A stretch of 64,000 bases of DNA from Parcubacteria group bacterium (GTDB taxonomy: Bacteria > Patescibacteriota > Patescibacteriia > UBA1558 > GWA2-36-10): contig PQAE01000007.1 in assembly GCA_003104935.1 (NCBI GenBank), positions 47,221-111,220 of the forward strand, written 5' to 3'. Position 1 is the first letter of the stretch. The number at the start of each line of letters is the position of its first letter. Position numbers and translations under genes: made by a program. Shown piece after piece: positions 1-9,588 of this stretch. A model generated the notes under the pieces. That model was not told the DNA's origin and searched no databases. It saw nothing but the letters and a program-made list of their open reading frames with translations.

Positions 1-1619
1 AAGAGATGCAAGTTGGTGTGCTCCATACCGCCGTTGTACCAATCCACCGGTAGCCAATACTTGGCTTTTTTAGGATCCACTAATTGCTTTTTATTTCTGG
101 GATCAGTATAGCGGATAAAATACCAATTTGATCCGCCCCAGTTGGGCATGACATCAGTCTCCCGCCTGGCCGGTCCGCCACAAACCGGGCACTTGGTATT
201 AATCCACTTATCCAGCTTAGCTAAAGGTGATTGACCGTCAGCCGTGGGCTTAAAATCTTTGATGTCGGGAAGTACAACCGGCAGATCTTTTTCCGGGACT
301 GCTTGCCAATTATCTTTTTCACAATAAACCATCGGTATCGGCTCGCCCCAATATCTTTGCCGGGAAAAAATCCAGTCGTGGAGTTTATAATTGACAGTTT
401 TTTTGCCAATTTTGTTCTTGGATAGCCAACCAGTAATTTCTTTCTGAAACTTCTTGACGCTGAAACCATTATATTTGTCCGAATTTATCATCTGGCCGCT
501 CTCGGTGTCCGTATAAGCTTCTTTTTTAATATCGCCGCCCGAGATTACAGGGACAATATTTAATTTGTATTTTTTAGCAAACTCCCAGTCCCGCTGGTCA
601 TGCGCCGGCACCGCCATAATCGCACCCGTACCATAGCTCATCATCACATAGTCGGCCACAAAAATGGGGATTTCTTTTTTATTAACAGGATTAATGGCCG
701 ATACTCCCTCTAATTTCAGGCCGCTTTTTTCTTTGCCTCGGTCAATATCGGATTTACCGCGAGCGGCACTGATATACTTTTTTATGGCAGACAAATTCTT
801 TATCTGTCCTTCTAGCCGATGAATTATCGGATGCTCCGGCGCCAATACCATAAAAGTCACGCCAAACAAAGTGTCCGGCCGGGTGGTAAACACTTTCAGT
901 TTTTGATCGCTGTTAGTAATGGCAAAATCAACTTCAACACCTTCACTGCGGCCGATCCAGTCAGTTTGTTGTTTTTTTATAGGTTCCAGGAAATCAATTC
1001 GCTTCAAACCATCAATCAATCTATCGGCATATTTGCTAATGCGTAGTAACCACTGTTCTTTTTCTTTTTTGACTATTGCTCCGCCGCAACGTTCGCAGAC
1101 TCCGCCCACTACTTCTTCATTGGCCAGACCGATCTGGCAGGACAGACACCAATTAATATTTTCCTTAGCTTTATAAGCTAAACCATTTTTCCAAAGCTGA
1201 ATAAAAATCCACTGCGTCCAATGGTAATAATCTTCGTCGGAAGTGGAAAAGAACCGCGACCAATCAAAACTATAGCCCAACATCTGTAATTGGCGGTTAA
1301 AATTAGCGATATTTCTTTTGGTCGCTACTTTGGGCGGTGTATTGGTCTTGATGGCGTAGTTTTCCGCCGGCAAACCAAAAGTATCCATACCGATGGGGTA
1401 TAAAACATTTTCTCCGGCCATGCGTCGCTGACGGCTGATGACATCCATAGCCGTGATCGGACGCAAATGTCCGACGTGCAGACCGTCGCCGGAAGGATAA
1501 GGAAATTCGATCAGACTATAAAACTTTTTTTTCTTAGAATTATCCAAAGCCAGCCAGGTCTGCTCTCTCTGCCAATACTGCTGCCACTTCTTTTCCGTTG
1601 CCTTAAAATTATATTTCAT
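1..1619 (-). CDS. leuS: Leucine--tRNA ligase, 3' end beyond window edge
   Basis: Manual translation from ATG at 1619: MKYNFKATEKKWQQYW...EFPYPSGDGLHVGH (HIGH motif); further on GTGAIMAVPAHDQRD and ETDVMPNWGGSNWYF. Not in the ORF track because it has no stop in the window. Confidence 0.95.
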   Translation of the reverse strand, partial: MKYNFKATEKKWQQYWQREQTWLALDNSKKKKFYSLIEFPYPSGDGLHVGHLRPITAMDVISRQRRMAGENVLYPIGMDTFGLPAENYAIKTNTPPKVATKRNIANFNRQLQMLGYSFDWSRFFSTSDEDYYHWTQWIFIQLWKNGLAYKAKENINWCLSCQIGLANEEVVGGVCERCGGAIVKKEKEQWLLRISKYADRLIDGLKRIDFLEPIKKQQTDWIGRSEGVEVDFAITNSDQKLKVFTTRPDTLFGVTFMVLAPEHPIIHRLEGQIKNLSAIKKYISAARGKSDIDRGKEKSGLKLEGVSAINPVNKKEIPIFVADYVMMSYGTGAIMAVPAHDQRDWEFAKKYKLNIVPVISGGDIKKEAYTDTESGQMINSDKYNGFSVKKFQKEITGWLSKNKIGKKTVNYKLHDWIFSRQRYWGEPIPMVYCEKDNWQAVPEKDLPVVLPDIKDFKPTADGQSPLAKLDKWINTKCPVCGGPARRETDVMPNWGGSNWYFIRYTDPRNKKQLVDPKKAKYWLPVDWYNGGMEHTNLHL

Positions 1620-1653
1620 AAAATATCTTCAAATATAAAGCAATTTTAACATT

Positions 1654-3144
1654 ATGGGTACTAAAAATCAACCGTGCACCGATACTGGTGCACGGTTGCC
1701 CCCGCGCAAGCGGGGGCCCAGCTTAAATAATGGCACTACAATTTTTTTGGAGATTATGTTATTATCACTAATACTTTTTAACCCCACTATTATTAACCTA
1801 TTTATCCAAAAAATTCTCAATAAATTAGCCATTTTTTTAGCCGATTCTTTGCTGTGGTTAAAAAATAAGCTGGGCTCCGGACTAAGAGGGTTTGGCCGAC
1901 TGCTGGCCGGCGCCGGTAAAGTTACTATCCTGCCGATAATTTTATTTTTGTATAAAAACATTTTGCTGACCAAAATCCGGTTGAAAAATTTTGACTGGCT
2001 AAAGTTACGCTATCTTACTTTTTTCAAAAAATATCTGCCCGGCCTGATCATCATCATGATCATCACTATCGCCACCTCACATAATATCCTAGCCAAAAAC
2101 TACACCGCGGAAGAATATGTCAACCGTACTTTATTACCGGCCATGATTCAAAGTAGCGATGAAGAACGCAGTACTATCGTAGAAGAAAAAGCTCCGGTCA
2201 CGGCGACCACCGGAATTATTAATTATCTGGATGAACAAGGTAGTCTCCAGGAAATAGTTATCTCCACCCCCTTCCAATCGGATGCCGGCTCCGGTTATGG
2301 GGATGTTACGGCCGATGCCTCCAGCCTGGTCTTAAACACTCCGGAAAACTCCGCGGAAACGTCCGGTGAAGACTTTGGCGACAGCGCCCCGGTCCGTAGC
2401 GAAAATATCAGCTACACTGTCCAGGCCGGCGATGTCTTGGGATCTATTGCCGAAAAATTTGACATCAGCGTTAATACTATCCTCTGGGCCAATGGCCTAA
2501 ACTGGAGTAGCACTATCAGGCCCGGACAAAAACTAGTCATCCTGCCGGGTTCGGGTATAAACTATGAAGTCAAAAAAGGAGATGTCCTCTCCAGCGTGGC
2601 TAAAAAATATCAGGCGGACGTGGAAAAAATAATCCCTGCTAATAACCTGGCCAACGCTTCCAATATTAATGCCGGAGATCTCATCTTTATCCCCGACGGC
2701 GTCAAACCGACCGCCGTGGTTTCCTCTTATAAACCGGCTAAAACCGAAACTATTCCGTCGGTGGTTAGTAAACCAATGGATTTGGGAACCAAATTTTTAT
2801 GGCCGGCCGTCAGCACCCGTATCACCCAATATTTTAGCTGGCGCCATACCGGAGTTGATATCGGTGATAAAACCGGCAATCCGATCTATGCGGCGGAAGA
2901 CGGCAAGGTAACCCGAGCCGGCTGGTCACGGGGCTATGGCAATAACGTTATCATCAATCACGGCAACGGCGTAGAAACTCTCTATGGTCATGCCAGTAAA
3001 TTGCTGGTTGAAGAAGGAGAAACCGTGTCCCGTGGCCAGTTGATCGCCTTGATCGGCTCCACCGGCTGGTCTACCGGACCGCACTTGCACTTTGAGGTGC
3101 GAGTAAATGGCGTCCGGCAAAATGGATTGAACTATATTAAATAA
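1654..3144 (+). CDS. LysM-domain M23 family peptidase (true start probably downstream of 1654)
   Basis: Two LysM repeats (YTVQAGDVLGSIA, YEVKKGDVLSSVA); M23 motifs HTGVD and TGPHLHFEV. Confidence 0.9.
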   Translation: MGTKNQPCTDTGARLPPRKRGPSLNNGTTIFLEIMLLSLILFNPTIINLFIQKILNKLAIFLADSLLWLKNKLGSGLRGFGRLLAGAGKVTILPIILFLYKNILLTKIRLKNFDWLKLRYLTFFKKYLPGLIIIMIITIATSHNILAKNYTAEEYVNRTLLPAMIQSSDEERSTIVEEKAPVTATTGIINYLDEQGSLQEIVISTPFQSDAGSGYGDVTADASSLVLNTPENSAETSGEDFGDSAPVRSENISYTVQAGDVLGSIAEKFDISVNTILWANGLNWSSTIRPGQKLVILPGSGINYEVKKGDVLSSVAKKYQADVEKIIPANNLANASNINAGDLIFIPDGVKPTAVVSSYKPAKTETIPSVVSKPMDLGTKFLWPAVSTRITQYFSWRHTGVDIGDKTGNPIYAAEDGKVTRAGWSRGYGNNVIINHGNGVETLYGHASKLLVEEGETVSRGQLIALIGSTGWSTGPHLHFEVRVNGVRQNGLNYIK

Positions 3145-3161
3145 ATCAGGCACCGGGCCCG

Positions 3162-4073
3162 CTAATCCAGCGGGCTTTTTATATTACGCAAATACGAATG
3201 CGCTACACTAGTATAGCCCTGGGTGGTGCGAATACTGCCGTGACCTAATAATTTCTGGATGTAGCGAATATCCAAGCCACTTTCCAATAAATGCGTGGCA
3301 AAGCTGTGCCGCAAACTGTGGCAAGTGGCCGCTGCGTTAATACCCGCTTTGGTCATGGCAGTAGTAAAAATTTTTTGGGCGGTGCGCTGACTGATGTGCG
3401 AACGATTGCCGGCACCCGGAAAAATATATTCCGAATAATCCGCTCTTTGTTTACTATACGCTTCCCACAGATCAAGACTCTGTAGGCTTAATAAAGTATA
3501 GCGATCCTTGTGTCCTTTGGCGTCCTTAACCAGTAATAATTTTTCGGCGGGTCGCAAATGATCCGGCTTTAATTTTACTACCTCGGAGACCCGCAAGCCC
3601 GATCCGTAAAGCAAGGACAAAAGCAGACGATGTTTAATATTGATCGGAACATTTATAATTCTTATAATCTGCTCGCGCGCTAAAATTGTCGGCAAAAATT
3701 TTTCCCGCCGCGGCCGGCGGACATGAGTGAAGAGACGGCGATGCAAAAAATCATCGTAGTAAAAACGCAAGGCAGAAATAACCAAATTTAAAGAAGTGTT
3801 GGAATACCCACGAGACTTGAGATATAAAAGATAATTTTTTATATCTTGAGCGTTCACTTCTTTGGCCGATTTAGAGACAAAATCCAAAAACCTCTGATTA
3901 TGCCCCAAATAAGCCTTGACAGTCCGATGTGAAAAACCTCTAATAATGAGCTCCTGAACTAAAAAAGCCAAGGGATGAGCCCGAGGCACTAACTCAACTG
4001 TCTTTTTAGCTAAATCTGGACTATTGGTTAAGTCCGACTGACCATTATAGTCAGCAAAAAAATCGCTTTTCAT
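3162..4073 (-). CDS. Tyrosine recombinase, integron-integrase-like but lacking the IntI I2 insertion
   Basis: YGSGLRVSE, KGHKDR, HSLRHSFATHLLE, LLGH..TTQGY, C-terminal SPLD; divergent from a cassette array. Confidence 0.9.
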   Translation of the reverse strand: MKSDFFADYNGQSDLTNSPDLAKKTVELVPRAHPLAFLVQELIIRGFSHRTVKAYLGHNQRFLDFVSKSAKEVNAQDIKNYLLYLKSRGYSNTSLNLVISALRFYYDDFLHRRLFTHVRRPRREKFLPTILAREQIIRIINVPINIKHRLLLSLLYGSGLRVSEVVKLKPDHLRPAEKLLLVKDAKGHKDRYTLLSLQSLDLWEAYSKQRADYSEYIFPGAGNRSHISQRTAQKIFTTAMTKAGINAAATCHSLRHSFATHLLESGLDIRYIQKLLGHGSIRTTQGYTSVAHSYLRNIKSPLD

Positions 4074-4098
4074 ACTTTCTTCCGATTAATAATTATTG

Positions 4099-4127
4099 TT
4101 TACATTTTGGCTAATTAGAGCTATTAT
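4099..4127 (+). promoter_or_regulatory. Putative Pc-like cassette promoter
   Basis: TTTACA-17 bp-TATTAT just upstream of the first GTT crossover site. Confidence 0.55.
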
Positions 4128-4157
4128 GTCAATAGGTTCGCAAAGCAACTGTTGTAC
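4128..4157 (+). other. Putative attI-like site (crossover G/TTGTAC at 4151)
   Basis: GTTGTACGCCATAATAAAAAGCC (4151-4173) is complementary (2 mismatches) to 4884-4906, which ends in AAC, so it defines the first cassette. Confidence 0.55.
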
Positions 4158-4187
4158 GCCATAATAAAAAGCCCTAAATAAAATACT

Positions 4188-4871
4188 ATGGAAAACCCCG
4201 AAATAATGCCCGCTAATCAATTGACAAAGGCCGAAAGAGAGCGTCAAAATATCGAACAACAATCACGTTCAAGAATTTATGAAATTTTTGATAAATTTAA
4301 TACTGCAAATGAAAGAGTGGATGATATATTTAATAACTTAAAAAATATATTGACAAAAATGCCAAACTCTGAAGAAATAAAAAGTGAATTAGAGGCTCTA
4401 AGACAAATAGAAGAAAAAGGACATTTTTGTGAAAAAGCTTTCACTATTCTTGAACAAATAATTGAATGGCGGGAAAATAATTTACAAGAATTTGAGGAAA
4501 TTAGACGAAACGATTTTAATGAGCAGGGTGATTTTATTGAATTAAATAAAATGCTTTCTTACAATATTGACGGAGATTCTATTCATATTCATGTTCCGCC
4601 CAACGTATCAACATCAAACTCCGAAAAAATAAACTTAGTATATGATGGCCTAAAAAAACTGGCTCAAATAGTAGATCAAAATCCTGCTATAAAAACAATC
4701 GTTGGCACATCGTGGATAGTAGCTGAACATCCAGCATTAATGACTAAACTACATTTTACCTTGGAAGGTAAAATAGACGAGACAAGTAGAGCGGAACATT
4801 TTCCTGCTGAAAATAGAGAAATTGCTGTAGCTACGATGTCTAGAGATGAATTAATTAAACACTATTTATAA
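4188..4871 (+). CDS. Hypothetical protein (outer cassette 1)
   Basis: 227-aa ORF between the attI-like site and site 1. Confidence 0.75.
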   Translation: MENPEIMPANQLTKAERERQNIEQQSRSRIYEIFDKFNTANERVDDIFNNLKNILTKMPNSEEIKSELEALRQIEEKGHFCEKAFTILEQIIEWRENNLQEFEEIRRNDFNEQGDFIELNKMLSYNIDGDSIHIHVPPNVSTSNSEKINLVYDGLKKLAQIVDQNPAIKTIVGTSWIVAEHPALMTKLHFTLEGKIDETSRAEHFPAENREIAVATMSRDELIKHYL

Positions 4872-4899
4872 ATACTACAGTTTGGCTTTTTATTACGGC

Positions 4900-5318
4900 G
4901 CACAACACCGCGTATCTGGTTCGCGGACTAAATTATATTTTTATCTTAATAATAATTAAACATAAATTATATGAAACACAACATTTATTCTAGTGGCGGA
5001 GTTCAAAACATTGAATTTACTGATAATCAATCCGACAAATCCGTAGGCGTTGTTGATCCTGGCAGTTATACATTTACTACTGAACGTGAAGAAACTGTGC
5101 AATGTCTGACTGGATCATTAGAAATAAACAACAATCAGTGTTTACCTGGTCAAAAAGTTGTAATTCCAAAAGGAGAATCTTTTACTATTTCAGCAAAAGA
5201 AGCTTCAAGTTATTTGTGTTTATATAAATAAAAATATAATTTAGTCCGCTCACTGAAATTCCTCGCCCATTAATAATTAATGGCCGCTCGGAACTTCAGA
5301 TACGCTGGCCTGTTATGT
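4900..5318 (+). repeat. Branched attC-like site 1 (encloses 4971-5231)
   Basis: GCACAAC-ACC-GCGTATCTG ... CAGATACGC-TGGCCT-GTTATGT; perfect 22-bp IR 4923-4944/5228-5249 around the inner gene. Confidence 0.8.
4971..5231 (+). CDS. ppnP: Pyrimidine/purine nucleoside phosphorylase PpnP-like cupin (DUF1255), nested in site 1
   Basis: SVGVVDPGSYTFTT..EETVQCLTGSL...SSYLCLY resembles PpnP. Confidence 0.7.
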   Translation: MKHNIYSSGGVQNIEFTDNQSDKSVGVVDPGSYTFTTEREETVQCLTGSLEINNNQCLPGQKVVIPKGESFTISAKEASSYLCLYK

Positions 5319-5376
5319 GAAATAAATAAATTCTTTTCTGCTATCGCAGAAAAATTATCCGTTCAATTTTTAATTT

Positions 5377-6519
5377 ATGTATCCAGAAAAATACAATCCG
5401 ACGCAAGAAGAAATTAACAAGGCTGAAAGCATAATGACAGACGAACAACGTCAAGCTTCTGAAATTCGGGCTGAAAATTACGAACAGGTGCAACCCCCGT
5501 GGAAAGATTTTACGGAAAAGATTGATGAAAATTTTGTCCGCAAAAGACCATCCCCTGAAGTTGTTAAAGCAATGAATCAGAGCCTAGAGGAATTGGGCCA
5601 GACATTTGAGGGGTCTGGTTTGAATTGGCACCTTGATGGAGCTTTAAATATATCCTTAATGAATGGCGCCGGCGAAAACCCTGAAAAATACATCGGCGAA
5701 CACAAGGATGTTGATATCTCCGTAGAGAAAGACGAACTTGAGGCATTAGAGGCGCAATTGCTTAAAAACGGTTATGGCTTATTTTTATCTCGCACAGGAG
5801 ATAAAATAAAAAATAAAATAATGAGGCGAGTTGGACATGGGGATTTCGCCGAATCAGATACAGAACATATGCTAATTGCCGCTATAGATGAAAACGGTAA
5901 AATCCGCCAAGATAAAGCCTTAAATTTTGTAGATATCCATATTATCCAAAGAGATGAGGCTGGGAAACCCTTGGGCGTATCAGGTACGCCCATCCCTGAA
6001 AAATGGGTTCAACCGCAGCCAATGGAATTTCATAGCAAACAAATAAATGTTTCACATCCTGGAAAAGTGCTTTATTTCAAGCTCCACCAAGATAGAAATT
6101 ATGATGTTACCGACGCGGAAAAATTAATTGAAACAGGTAAAATCATTGAAGAAGATATTGATGATATAGAAAAAGTATATAGGGATGAATTTAAAGCAAA
6201 TGTTGAGCGCGGTCGAAAAATTTTTGAGGGTTATACCAATCAACTCAAACCAGAAATGAGTGCGGACGAAATTTTTAATCTTATGCAAAGCCAGCCCGAA
6301 TTTCAAAAACGAGGAGATATGGCAGTGGGGTTAAAGAAATTAGCAGAAAAAATTGCAGAATCTGAAAATAAATCAGTTGATAATATATTATCTATTGCTA
6401 TCACCTTTTTTGGAATTGAAGAAAAGTATAATCAAAAGCGTCAAATATTAAACAGGATGAAACAAAGGGTAAAGGATATTAAAGAAATGGAACGAATTTG
6501 CGGAGAATTACAAAAATAA
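5377..6519 (+). CDS. Hypothetical protein with nucleotidyltransferase-like motif (outer cassette 2)
   Basis: WHLDGALNISL...EHKDVDISV resembles the G..DxD motif of Pol-beta-type nucleotidyltransferases. Confidence 0.55.
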   Translation: MYPEKYNPTQEEINKAESIMTDEQRQASEIRAENYEQVQPPWKDFTEKIDENFVRKRPSPEVVKAMNQSLEELGQTFEGSGLNWHLDGALNISLMNGAGENPEKYIGEHKDVDISVEKDELEALEAQLLKNGYGLFLSRTGDKIKNKIMRRVGHGDFAESDTEHMLIAAIDENGKIRQDKALNFVDIHIIQRDEAGKPLGVSGTPIPEKWVQPQPMEFHSKQINVSHPGKVLYFKLHQDRNYDVTDAEKLIETGKIIEEDIDDIEKVYRDEFKANVERGRKIFEGYTNQLKPEMSADEIFNLMQSQPEFQKRGDMAVGLKKLAEKIAESENKSVDNILSIAITFFGIEEKYNQKRQILNRMKQRVKDIKEMERICGELQK

Positions 6520-6566
6520 AATTTGCCTGAATAATGCCTGCTATCGCTCGCGAATTTATTTACATC

Positions 6567-7106
6567 AGCTAACACTGCGTATCTGGTTAATAGAATAAAT
6601 GATTTATTATTAATTTAAAAATATGGAAAAACTAATAGAATTAGCGCAGTCTCCATCAAGTCCTGGGATAGAGACCGTTGATAAAATGGTTATGAAATTA
6701 CATGTACCCTGTTCTGAAAAAAGTGTAACTGTGCAAATAAATCCATTTTTACAAGATTATGAAGAAAATGCAGACCAGCCAAATGTTCAAATAAGACAAA
6801 TGCAAATAACGAGTACTACATCAGATACAAAAACTCTTACTTTTGATTTTGAAAATAACTCTACTCATAACATAGATATAGATGGAGAAAATTATCAAAT
6901 AACCCTAATGAATATTGGAAAAGAAAAAACTCAAGATGGTGAATTTCCCGCTTTTGAATTTCTAGTCAAAAAAGATTAAATCATTTATTCTATTAACCCA
7001 AATCCCTCATTCCCCTTCGACTCGTTCCGGTGGTCACTTCGTGAAAGTTTACCACTTCCACTTGCTCAGGGTCATTCGGGACTTCAGATACGCTGACCTG
7101 TTAGGA
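6567..7106 (+). repeat. Branched attC-like site 2 (encloses 6623-6979)
   Basis: AGCTAAC-ACT-GCGTATCTG ... CAGATACGC-TGACCT-GTTAGGA; perfect 22-bp IR 6585-6606/6977-6998. Confidence 0.8.
6623..6979 (+). CDS. Hypothetical protein nested in site 2
   Basis: 118-aa ORF; stop codon lies in the IR arm. Confidence 0.7.
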   Translation: MEKLIELAQSPSSPGIETVDKMVMKLHVPCSEKSVTVQINPFLQDYEENADQPNVQIRQMQITSTTSDTKTLTFDFENNSTHNIDIDGENYQITLMNIGKEKTQDGEFPAFEFLVKKD

Positions 7107-7125
7107 GAAATTAAGTTTCAAAAAT

Positions 7126-7491
7126 ATGAATAAAAAATTTAAAAAAATGTTATTCCAAATGTATCGAAGCTTTCCTAATTCTTTTTGGTCAGACTCTGAA
7201 TTAAAAAAAATTGCTACCAAGGAAGCTATAGATGCTCTGGTCGAGGCTCATTATCTTTTTAAGATAAAAGTAGAATTTATTGAAAAAGGAAAGATCAAGG
7301 TGGACGGAGGCACATATATGAATACTGAAAACAAGGCTCTTCATAATCCCGGTTTTAAAGATTGTTACGGACTTGGACCAAACTCAATAAACATAATATA
7401 CGCTCATAGACTACAAATTCTTACTTATTGGATTATTGCACTGACAGTATTTACAACGGTTTTAACAATTTTCACAATTTTTGAAACTTAA
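7126..7491 (+). CDS. Hypothetical protein with C-terminal TM helix (outer cassette 3)
   Basis: 121-aa ORF with hydrophobic C-terminus. Confidence 0.7.
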   Translation: MNKKFKKMLFQMYRSFPNSFWSDSELKKIATKEAIDALVEAHYLFKIKVEFIEKGKIKVDGGTYMNTENKALHNPGFKDCYGLGPNSINIIYAHRLQILTYWIIALTVFTTVLTIFTIFET

Positions 7492-7495
7492 CATC

Positions 7496-8212
7496 GCCCA
7501 ACACCGGATATCCGAGGATCGAGCTAGAATAAAATTATTAAAAAAATATGAAAAAGATAATAAAATTTTTTAAAAAGCCATCCACTTTAGTAATAATCGT
7601 ACTTCTAGTTACTATATTCGTTTTATCTTTAAAAAACTCCGATTTAAAATATTCACGTCTTTACGAAGTGGAGACTATTCCTGATATAAATCTTACAAAT
7701 TCGTTATATAATTATTCTAATGATAATTATAGTGCGGGCTCTATTAGCGGATTTGTTGCATTTTATGATAAAGACAGCCAGCCAAAGGGATTAAAACAAT
7801 ATTATATTATTGGGCCATTAAATAAATTAGATGAAAATTTAAATCGAATATTTTCTCTTGAAGAAATAGTTAAAATGGATTATTTACCTCCAACAAGTAT
7901 CAATAAGTACGAGCTCAGAGAAACCAGCGAATCATATCAAATGTTGACACTAGAAGATGAAACTGGAAATATGTTTTTTATAAACAAAAATTCAGATGAA
8001 GTTACTATGAGGGATGTAGGTGGTGATAATACTAGATTAATTACCAACCAATCAGATTATAAAAATTTTATAATTAACCTTTTAAAATAATTTTATTCTT
8101 TACGCTCGCTCCTCTACATCCCTTCGCCTCCTAATATGATGTTGGCTTTTAAAAGCCAAATATTATATCATATTAGTAGGCTCGGGACGTCGGATATCCT
8201 GGCCTGTTAGGC
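7496..8212 (+). repeat. Branched attC-like site 3 (encloses 7548-8090)
   Basis: GCCCAAC-ACC-GGATATCCGA ... TCGGATATCC-TGGCCT-GTTAGGC; IR AGAATAAAATTATT 7526-7539/8086-8099. Confidence 0.8.
7548..8090 (+). CDS. Hypothetical exported/membrane-anchored protein nested in site 3
   Basis: 180-aa ORF with N-terminal hydrophobic segment. Confidence 0.7.
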   Translation: MKKIIKFFKKPSTLVIIVLLVTIFVLSLKNSDLKYSRLYEVETIPDINLTNSLYNYSNDNYSAGSISGFVAFYDKDSQPKGLKQYYIIGPLNKLDENLNRIFSLEEIVKMDYLPPTSINKYELRETSESYQMLTLEDETGNMFFINKNSDEVTMRDVGGDNTRLITNQSDYKNFIINLLK

Positions 8213-8239
8213 GAAATTTACTCATCTTTTTATTAAAAT

Positions 8240-8752
8240 ATGCCAATTTACTTTTCAGTTGATCGTAATAAAACCTTACAAAAAGGAACAGAGATTGCTT
8301 TAATTCAGCACAATGATATTAGTCCAGTAGAGCTACAAAATTATATAAATACGCTGTTTCCAGATGGAGTAACGAATCACGGTGAAAGATATATGTTGCA
8401 ACCATGTCCGGCAAATCAAGTTAATTCCGTAATTGAACTGATTTTTGAATATGAAAGACGGAATAATTTCATAAGCTGCCCTTCTAGAATGCAATCTGTA
8501 TTTGCCTTTGATAATCTTGAATCAGCAAAAAAATTTCGCGAAATATACGGGAACAATCAAGGCGCTATAGTAAAAATTGACGCAATCTCTGCTTTCAAAG
8601 CTGATATGAATTTATTAACTTTAAAAGATTCATTATTACAACTGTCTTATAATGCTCATAAATATTGGAAAGGTGAAGCCTCTGATAGTCCATTTTGGGA
8701 ACATCTATTGATTCCGCCAGTTAAAGTAATTGATATAATAAAAGATGAGTAA
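8240..8752 (+). CDS. DUF2441-like protein (outer cassette 4)
   Basis: ELIFEYERR..PSRMQSVFAF..LESA..F and AHKYWKG..PFWEHL resemble DUF2441. Confidence 0.55.
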   Translation: MPIYFSVDRNKTLQKGTEIALIQHNDISPVELQNYINTLFPDGVTNHGERYMLQPCPANQVNSVIELIFEYERRNNFISCPSRMQSVFAFDNLESAKKFREIYGNNQGAIVKIDAISAFKADMNLLTLKDSLLQLSYNAHKYWKGEASDSPFWEHLLIPPVKVIDIIKDE

Positions 8753-8757
8753 ACCTC

Positions 8758-9192
8758 GCCCAACACCGGATATCCGAGGAGCGAGCTAGAATAAAATTAT
8801 TAAATAAAAGTAATATGCTTCATAAATAATAAATACAAAATATGGATATCAAAACAACACTTTACATTATAGAAAAAAGACGTGGTAATAATTACGCAAA
8901 AATGATTGATATGGTTGCGTTCGGACTAACGAATGGTGGTACAAAAACCGCTTTAATATTGGAAGAAACAGCTCAAGCCCTAGAAAAAGCCCAAACCAAC
9001 CCAACTAAAGAAAATTGGGAAAATTTAAAAAAATCACTTATTAATAATCCGCCAAGAGATATTTAATACTTTTATTCCTTGACGCTCACTCCTCTACATC
9101 CCTTCGCCTCCTAATATGATGTTGGCTTTAAAAAGCCAAATATTATATCATATTAGTAGGCTCGGGACGTCGGATATCCTGAACCGTTAGCT
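8758..9192 (+). repeat. Branched attC-like site 4 (encloses 8842-9066)
   Basis: Nearly identical to the site 3 scaffold; ends CGGATATCC-TGAACC-GTTAGCT. Confidence 0.8.
8842..9066 (+). CDS. Hypothetical protein nested in site 4
   Basis: 74-aa ORF. Confidence 0.6.
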   Translation: MDIKTTLYIIEKRRGNNYAKMIDMVAFGLTNGGTKTALILEETAQALEKAQTNPTKENWENLKKSLINNPPRDI

Positions 9193-9209
9193 GAAATATT
9201 TTAAATTTA

Positions 9210-9470
9210 GTGCCACAGATCATGTTTAATTATAAAGAAAAAATTGGAGAAGATTTAAAGAAAGAGGCGCGAGCCCTCGGCCTTAGTGAAGAAGGTTGGT
9301 ACGAACATAAAGGAACAGTTCGTGAAGTATTCAGAGAAGCCGCCGTTCAGACGCGAGTAAGAGAAGCAAAAAGAGCGCGTCGAGAAAATAGATTGTGGAT
9401 CTTCGCTGTAATCTCCGCTTTAAATGCTCTTTTTAGTGCTGCGGCCGCATGGCTCGCTGTGCTAAAATAA
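9210..9470 (+). CDS. Hypothetical protein with C-terminal TM helix (outer cassette 5)
   Basis: 86-aa ORF bounded by GTT (9186) and AAC (9492). Confidence 0.6.
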   Translation: MPQIMFNYKEKIGEDLKKEARALGLSEEGWYEHKGTVREVFREAAVQTRVREAKRARRENRLWIFAVISALNALFSAAAAWLAVLK

Positions 9471-9523
9471 AATTTAAAATACATCGCCCAACACCGCGTA
9501 TGCGCTTAGAGAAATACCCCTAT

Positions 9524-9572
9524 TTGACAAGGTTTTTAATCTATGATAATGTGTGTAATACAAAGTATTACA
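9524..9572 (+). promoter_or_regulatory. TA promoter with palindromic operator
   Basis: TTGACA at 9524, TATGATAATGT -10 region, TGTAATAC-aaa-GTATTACA palindrome at 9554-9572. Confidence 0.65.
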
Positions 9573-9588
9573 ATTAATATATAAATAT

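Noticed and set aside
221-1649. Short ORFs listed over 221-1649, and antisense ORFs over infB, comM, pnp, pilB and copA
   Set aside because: Shadow frames of well-supported genes such as leuS.
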